Shown here: positions 57,250 through 64,000 of the stretch, piece by piece
Position numbering within the stretch: position 1 is the first letter of the stretch
Layout of the letters: each line of letters opens with the position of its first letter
Assembly: GCA_905178155.1 (NCBI GenBank)
Contig: CAJINV010000020.1
Coordinates: 62,001 to 126,000, forward strand
Source of the DNA: Amoebophrya sp. A120
Taxonomy: Eukaryota > Protista > Dinoflagellata
Direction of reading: 5' to 3'
Length of the DNA stretch: 64,000 bases
Made by a program: the position numbers and the translations under genes
Notes under the pieces: model-generated
Told to the model about the DNA's origin: nothing
What the model saw: only the letters and a program-made list of their open reading frames with translations
Database searches by the model: none

Positions 57250-60200
57250 CACGTTCTCGCCGTCAGTCCCATGCTTCCGCCGCTGCCCTGCGTGGCGCTG
57301 AGGTCGGTTCGCCCGGCGGTGACCGCCTTGACGGCCGTCAGCGTGGTCTGGGCCTCTACCAGCGCGGACGCCTGCTGCTTCTCCTTCTGCACCCGCTTGC
57401 GGTCCTGGTACATCAGGTAGACCGCAATGCAGACGACAATGGAGTAGGGCAGGACTCCCAGGCAGATCCCGCCCACCGCGCAGGCGTACACCCACCCGTC
57501 CGCTAGACCGTCGCTGTCCGCGTAGAAAATCACGAAGAACCGGTTCTGCAGCCGGTTGCCCTGCAACCGCTTCACGATAACGGTGTCCAGGAAGAGGTGG
57601 TCCTTGATGCCCTGCAGCTGCTGCGCGGAGGTGACGGCGGAGAAGGACGCCATCTCCCAGATTTTCTGGAACTCGATCACCCCCGTGTTTTTCAGCGAGA
57701 GGTCTACCAGGATGGTGCCGTCGTCGGCGACGAGGAAGCCTTGGTAGTCCCCGGGCAGGAAGTGCGGGTCAACCAAAGAGTCTTTCAGCTTCTCGATCTC
57801 CAGCGTGAGTTTGCCGTGCAGAAAAACGCGGTCCTGCTCCGTCAAACCCTCCACCTCCTGTCGGTGCATCTGGCTCGCGTCCAGCTTGAACAACAGCGAG
57901 ATGGTTTGGATAGTGTCTACCTGCTGCGAATCGATGTTCACCTGCGTGTCGCCGGGACTGCTGCGCTCCGGCAGTTTGAGCTCCCACTCGGTGTAAATAC
58001 CCCTATCAAATTGGTCACTCAGGAACGGCGCCGTGGTAGTGGAAGTTGTCGTGGAAAAGAAGTCGTGCAAAGTTGTCGTGACGCCACCCTGCTGCTGCCC
58101 AGATAAACCTCGCTCGACCAGATTGTGCGCGTTCCGGTAGGCGAAGTGGTTCGCTTGGTAGGGCAGACACACAACGCCCGGCGCGGACACGCTCGGGGTC
58201 ACCAACTGCTGGTTTTGGAGTCGTTGCGCCGTCTGCGTGTACCAGAGCGCCGGGTGATTCGTGCTGTTTGTCAGATTGGAACTGCTCTTTGCCAGCTGTT
58301 CTAGCGACCCGCATTTCTGCGGACAGCTTTTGCACTCCAGATCTTTCACCTGCGCCCGCAGCGCCTGGTATTGCTGTCGGTACTCGTAGTTCCGCAACTC
58401 TAACGGGAGCGCGATGCCCGTCGTACTACTTCCGTTCTTGGCCTGCTCCAGGATGTACTCCTCCCCGAGCACGGCGACCACGGAAAGCAGGTCCGGGTAG
58501 TGCCCCGGCGGGCAGAAGTAGGAGCTTCTTTCCGGGCCCGCGGGCCCGGCCCCCGTGTTCGGGCTGATCCGCTGAGCGTCCTCTTCTTCGCTGCCCGCCG
58601 GCGGCGCCGTGGTCTCCGGCGTCTGGTCGTCGCGGAGAGGCAAAATCCCGGCATACATCTCAAAGGGCATCTTGTTCAGCTTATGGAAGTGTGAGAATCG
58701 AAATCGACAAAGTGAAAGTTCAAATACTTTCTCATGCATAAATTCTAAAGCATGAAGCGCCTCTCTTGCAGGGATGGCAAGCGAGGCCAACTGTCAGCCT
58801 GTTTATTGGCGTCTATGCGATAGAGCTGCTAAGTAAAGCAGCATGACAAAAGACGCGCTCTTTCCCTAAACAGTATGACAAACTGGATTTAGGTGGTGCC
58901 AAAGTTTGTCATGCGCCGCTTGGAAATTGGGCTTCCAACTGGTATCGATTCTATGCATCACAAGTTTTCAACTTTATCGATTTCGATCCTGACGCTCCCA
59001 TGATACAGCTCCAGTGCGCTGTTGTTTACCATATCCTCGTGGTGGATGTTATTCGCGCTCATCGGCGGCACCATCGACGAATCCCGGTTCGCGAGCGTGT
59101 GGTCATTCAGCACGCGGCGGTCAGCGCGTTGGTGTTGCTCTTTATCCTCCACCGTTCTCGTGCCTCCATCACCGTGACTTGCGGCGATTTGTTCACTAGA
59201 AGATGTAGAAATCGTGTGGTCTCTACTCTGATCTGATGCACCGGTAGAACTCTCCCCCGAAGTCGTGGTCCGGCGACGTGCGCGCGCCCTTTGTTCGCCC
59301 GGCGTCGCCCCCTCGAGTGCAGCTTCTAGTCCCATCATCTGCAAACCGGGCAGCATGATTGGGGCATCGAACGCACGCACCGCGGTCAACGGGTCGGCTG
59401 ACAGGCGAAACACGTTGTGCTTCTCCAGCCTATCAAAGTGAAAAAAGCCTCCACCCCATATCGGAAACGGAAGATGCGCGAATTTGTGATGCTGTATTTG
59501 AGTACACAAATCGACTTGTATTGCTAGAGGACCAAGAGACTAAGCTGCGGCCTACATTGCAGGTAATCTGTCATGCTGTTTCCCACTTCCAGTTGCCTCC
59601 TGTCATCCTGGAGCTGCAAGGCTTTCCCAGCACGCTAGACAGCACTACAGTCCGCATCTTTTGCCTTCTAGCATCACAAAGCTGATTTGTGACCCCAAAT
59701 CTGCATCACAGATTTCCGTTTTGATATGGGGAGGGGGCATTTTTCATTGTAATACAGCCGCTCCTTTGTCAAGTCCACCTGCATCAGTCGCTGGTGCCAA
59801 TCCGCGTTTGCGATGGAGAGGTTCCGATTGCAGGCAAAGGGCTCCGCAATACACGAGGGGTACAGGTCGCTCTCAAACTGCAGCATGTCGTAGGTGCCGA
59901 TCCGGCGGAACCGCATGCCGCCCCGGGTCAAGCTCAGGTCCTGCGTCTTGTTCGGGACGAAGTAGGCCATCTGCAGCATGCTGAGCTCCGGAACCCCGGA
60001 GAGTCCGGCCAACACGACGATCTGCAGCGAGAAGAAGTCGAACGGGTTCCGCAACGCGCCCAGGGAGATCCCGTGAGCCAGGGACTCCACCGGAACCATC
60101 AGTTTTCCCTGCACGTACCCGTCGAAAGCGGCCTCGATGCGCGCGGCGCCGCCGTGCCTGTGGGGAAAATAATGGTCGTGGGGGGTGAGAGGTGAAGACC

Positions 60201-61055
60201 AAAGCGAATATCAACCTTACCTTGCATTTGTCCAGAAGGAAAATGACTATGACATGACTCGCGATATAACTAGTACGAACGAATAGGAACGAGGGCCGGC
60301 CCTCTCCACCTTCATGGGATGCTAAAATGCGAAATGGAACAAGTAAGCACATAATTCTGTATATAGTACAGGAAGTAGATGTCCCGCAGGTCTGGTAACG
60401 TGGAGTTGAAGTATTGTTGGCCACTGTACATGAGCCAGGCGGTCGCGATGCAGAACCAGAAGAAGAAGCACATGTACATCTTCGAGAAGATTTTGTAGGC
60501 CGCGGTGTTCTGCATTTGCTGGGTGTGCAGCGCGTTTTTCAAATGCGGCGGCTCCACTGGCTTGACTTTCATGGTTTGCTGCGCCAGCGACTCCTGCGGC
60601 TTCCCCGACTTGGTCGGCGAGAAAACCTGCATTGCGGTGGCGGTAGCGTGCGTCACCGCCATGACCGACTGCCCAATCGCGGTGTCCGGCTTCGTGACTT
60701 TCAGGGCGACCTCGCGCTTCTTGATTTGCTGCTTTTCCCAGTCGTCGGCAAAATCCGCCATGATTTCGTGCACCCTTGTGGCCTCCGGCCCGCGCCGCAT
60801 CACCTCCTCCGGGATGTCGTGCTTCTTTTTCTTCTTCTCCGGACTCGACTGAGCCCCCGCACCATCGTGGTCCGCCTTCTCCGGCGACACCACATCCAGG
60901 CTGTTCTTTCCCCCGCTTTTTTTCCCGCTCTGCGTGTTGCCATCCTTTGTCCGACTCCGGGTCGGGGTCTGGGACGACTGCTGCGCTGCAGCTTTGTCTG
61001 CGGTTGGCGACTCGTCAATCGCCTTGCTGCTGGCGCCCCCGGGTGAAACTACCAT
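57249..61055 (-). CDS. Hypothetical membrane protein (TM near each end, large intervening region); 2 introners and at least 1 canonical intron (~60158-60380)
   Basis: MYMCFFFWFCIATAWLMY and WVYACAVGGICLGVLPYSIVVCIAVYLMY hydrophobic segments; GC3-rich codons; in-frame joins KERLEKHNVF and ALELNKMPFEM. Confidence 0.75.
58682..59005. mobile_element. Introner, family C
   Basis: TIR like 16175-16480; flanks cagct/cagct; in-frame removal. Confidence 0.9.
59431..59754. mobile_element. Introner, family B
   Basis: TIR; flanks cagcc/cagcc; in-frame removal. Confidence 0.93.
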
Positions 61056-61664
61056 CTTGCAGCTGCTCCGGGCGGGATGCTGCAAGGTGGCAGACGCGGA
61101 TGTTGATCCAAATGCAAGCTAAAGAATGCAGCAATTACGAATTCCGGTTGATGTTCTAGGAACTATCTACTTGTGGCTACGAAATCTTAAACAAAGAAAC
61201 TACAACTTCAAAATGAGATCGCGATCGCGCAATACAGGCATAGAAATGATATCATGAAGCTGGTTTTGAGATTGAAGCGAGGCAAACCACGTGGGTGTCC
61301 AATCCATGAAGGTCGGAATATTACGATTGGTTATACGACACTCAGTCTGCTCTCCGCAAGAGAATGTTATTAAGTTGCATTCGTTCGCGAAATCCCAGCC
61401 TAAACTTGTCGTCCCGCTCTCGCCAGTAGCAGTATCAGTTTCAGTAGTACCGAAGGTTAATGATTTTCTCTCTCAATGTCGCTCCGTTCGACGAGTAAGT
61501 ACTCTTTGTCTAAGGTGGGGATAAAAATATCCTCCTGGCTTTCTAACGATGAACACAACCGGGAAACAGCTCGACAGAGGAGAGGGCACGCCCTGCCAAA
61601 TTAATTTTACATCAATGGAAAAATCGTGCTGTTGTCAAAAACGAATTATCGGCTACGACGTTTC

Positions 61665-63731
61665 TTACGCCCCGCACTGCTCTACTTTCGTTGCGTTTGT
61701 TCTCGACGATGTTTCAACGACAGATAGTAGAACCGGCTCGACTAATGATGTTGTTTGTGCCGCTTCTACTAAAAACTTCCTTCTTTCCATGTTCAGCTCG
61801 GACAAGTACTCATACAGAACTTCCTTCATGTAGGCGATGGTGTGCGCTTTTTCCGGATGTTCGCTCTTGTCGTATCTTACTTCTGAAAGAAACGGACAAG
61901 ATGTCGAACTTGTTACACCGCTGGCGGCCGCAGTTTCTGCATTCGTTTTGATCTCTTCGAGTAGACATTCCGTGGCGTGCTCGTGCGTCATATCGACCAG
62001 ATCATGCACGGACTTGGCGCCCTGCAGCTTTTGCATGCACTGCCTCTGTGGGAGTTGAAAAACACAATTGGTCTCTTTCACCAGAATTTCCTGCAAATTC
62101 CACTTGATTTCCTGCAACGAAGCGCCGCAGTCGATGCCTTTCTGCAGGTAAAGACGAAAGCAGTCCTCGCGTGTGGGCTTGCGGTACGGGCGTCCGTGTG
62201 GAGCGGGAGTGGTTTTCATTTTTTCCTTCACATTTTCCGTGCAACTTTTGGGGGCCGGAACTGACACTGATGTCACGCGGCCAAACGCTCCTGCTTCATC
62301 TAACCTCCTTCGCTTCGGCTCCGTCCCTTCTATCTCGTTCTCATCACCATCAATGCCCGTTGGCACCACCCGCAGGCTACTGGCGCTGTCTACCGTTTTA
62401 TCCACATTGGCTACAGGGTGCATAGCAGGTTGTTTGTTGACATCTCCTACCGGAGTCGACAGTTGGCCACCGGTCCCCGCCACGGCACCCGGAGCTGCAG
62501 AATGTGTTGACGAGGAGTCTGCGACAGTAGACTCTCCAATCCAAAGTGAATGCTTCACCTCCCAGAACAGGCCAGGATTCCACTGCGCGCCCCGAGCAAC
62601 CATGACCGGAATCCCCGGAAACATTTTTTGGAACAAATTGACCTGCTCTACGGTAAAGAAATCGCCGTTCGCAATCAGAGGAAGACAAGAACTTTGAGGG
62701 CCTTCTTCTTGTTCCACCTCTAGTTCCTTACCCGGACCTCCAAGATCGGCCTTCAGCAGCGCCAGCAACTTCCCGAACAAGGGCCACCGCGCGGGCTGCT
62801 TCGGCCGATCCGGGACGAAGCGCATGTGAATCGCCACGGCGTCTGCGCCGGCTGCCAAGCACTTTTGCACGAGTCGTTTTGTTTTCGTCAGATCCGGGTC
62901 CAGCCGGATCTTGCAGGTAACGGACTTCTCCCGCGGCAGATGCGCCCGCAAGTGGCCCACAATCTCCGCCGCGAGGTCCGGCTTTTCGAGCAGCGCCGCG
63001 CCCATGCCGCCCTTCACGCTGAAGCTTTTCGGGCAGCCCATGTTGACGTCAATCCCCGCTACGTCGTTGATGACTACTTGCGCGGCTTGCAGCGCGAGGT
63101 GTTTGTCGCACGTGCCGAGCTGAAAAATGGTCCTGTTCTCCGCAATTTCGGCCCACGTCGTGCGGAAAATGCTCTTCTTGTCGCCCGAATTGCTGTTGTT
63201 GGGCTTCTGCGAGCAGGAGGGGACCAGAGCACCAGCACCTCGGGTTTTGATATTATTTTTCTGCAACCTTTCTGGACTGTTTGAGTTTGAATTCTGCAGA
63301 CCTTGATGTCCACCGCCTTCTACTTCTTCCACGACCTCCTGCTGCGTTAATGCTGCAGCTTCTGCGTCATTTATTTCTGTTGTGCTTTCTGCACAAAAAT
63401 TCTCTGCTCCGACGAAGTATTCCACCAGCCCGGGGTAATGCGGGTTCTCGAAGCGTTGGGCGTAGAGGACGCGCTTGTCGATAATCTCCTCATTGTACAA
63501 AATGTCGCAGCCGAAGTCCCGGCAGACCTGCCGCAGCGGCAGGGTGCTGGCGCGGACCATGGGGGCCAGGATGGTCTGGCAGTTTTGGTACACCGGATGT
63601 TTGATGAAGTTCTGAAACACCATTTTGCGGTTGCACTGGGGCTCAGTAGTACTAGTCACTGACGATGGAGAGGAGGGGGAGGAGGGGAACTTCTGCGCAC
63701 AACTTGAACAACTTTGCGGGGCTTGCTCCAT
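61665..63731 (-). CDS. DUS2: tRNA-dihydrouridine synthase, DUS2-like, intronless
   Basis: ILAPMVRASTLPLR, IFQLGT, DVAGIDVNMGCPKSFSVKGGMGAALL, VTCKIRL, LIANGD, VMVARGAQWNPGLF. Confidence 0.9.
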   Translation of the reverse strand: MEQAPQSCSSCAQKFPSSPSSPSSVTSTTEPQCNRKMVFQNFIKHPVYQNCQTILAPMVRASTLPLRQVCRDFGCDILYNEEIIDKRVLYAQRFENPHYPGLVEYFVGAENFCAESTTEINDAEAAALTQQEVVEEVEGGGHQGLQNSNSNSPERLQKNNIKTRGAGALVPSCSQKPNNSNSGDKKSIFRTTWAEIAENRTIFQLGTCDKHLALQAAQVVINDVAGIDVNMGCPKSFSVKGGMGAALLEKPDLAAEIVGHLRAHLPREKSVTCKIRLDPDLTKTKRLVQKCLAAGADAVAIHMRFVPDRPKQPARWPLFGKLLALLKADLGGPGKELEVEQEEGPQSSCLPLIANGDFFTVEQVNLFQKMFPGIPVMVARGAQWNPGLFWEVKHSLWIGESTVADSSSTHSAAPGAVAGTGGQLSTPVGDVNKQPAMHPVANVDKTVDSASSLRVVPTGIDGDENEIEGTEPKRRRLDEAGAFGRVTSVSVPAPKSCTENVKEKMKTTPAPHGRPYRKPTREDCFRLYLQKGIDCGASLQEIKWNLQEILVKETNCVFQLPQRQCMQKLQGAKSVHDLVDMTHEHATECLLEEIKTNAETAAASGVTSSTSCPFLSEVRYDKSEHPEKAHTIAYMKEVLYEYLSELNMERRKFLVEAAQTTSLVEPVLLSVVETSSRTNATKVEQCGA

Positions 63732-64000
63732 GGTATAGTCTATAGTTCGTTGTAGTTGTGCCTTCGGGCGGCGGCAAGTCAAATGGTCATCATGATGCTC
63801 CTGAATTCATGCCTGCTACGTGTTTGTGTGCTGTTCAACACTTCGTTATCGCTTCTGGATGAAATAAACGAAAAGAAGATAAATAAACCTCAACCGAAAT
63901 ACTTAGTCGCGTAAGCCCCTGGCACTGGACATTTGATTGATTTCGCATTTTTCGCTGGAAACGTTCGTATAGTACTGCTGTAATAAAAGCAGTGAACGTG

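Noticed and set aside
1-64000. rRNA, tRNA, dinoflagellate spliced-leader genes, and plus-strand ORFs over genes
   Set aside because: No recognisable RNA-gene or SL sequence seen by eye; plus-strand ORFs are antisense shadows of GC3-rich exons

Overview
Eukaryotic genomic DNA, most likely from the parasitic dinoflagellate Amoebophrya (Syndiniales). This assignment is inferred from the unidirectional gene cluster, long low-complexity protein insertions and TIR-bounded non-canonical introns. All credible genes are on the minus strand: DUF1275/YoaK-like, WD40 (WDR54-like), CLEC16A/FPL, SEC14/CRAL-TRIO, CCR4 deadenylase, S28 peptidase, a 2-TM hypothetical protein, DUS2 and a few weak hypotheticals. 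The dominant feature is about 30 non-autonomous introner elements of at least six TIR families. They mostly begin TAT and end (A/G)TA, are flanked by 5-bp direct repeats and sit inside coding sequence. Removing an element plus one repeat copy restores the reading frame in every in-gene case checked by hand, and they work in either orientation. Also present: a 6-kb gene-free repeat island with Helitron-like ends, nested insertions inside introners, a coding tandem repeat punctuated by introners, and an ~830-bp templated duplication with a 30-bp target duplication. All coordinates were read manually, so +/-1-2 nt errors are possible, and protein calls rest on recalled motifs, not searches.
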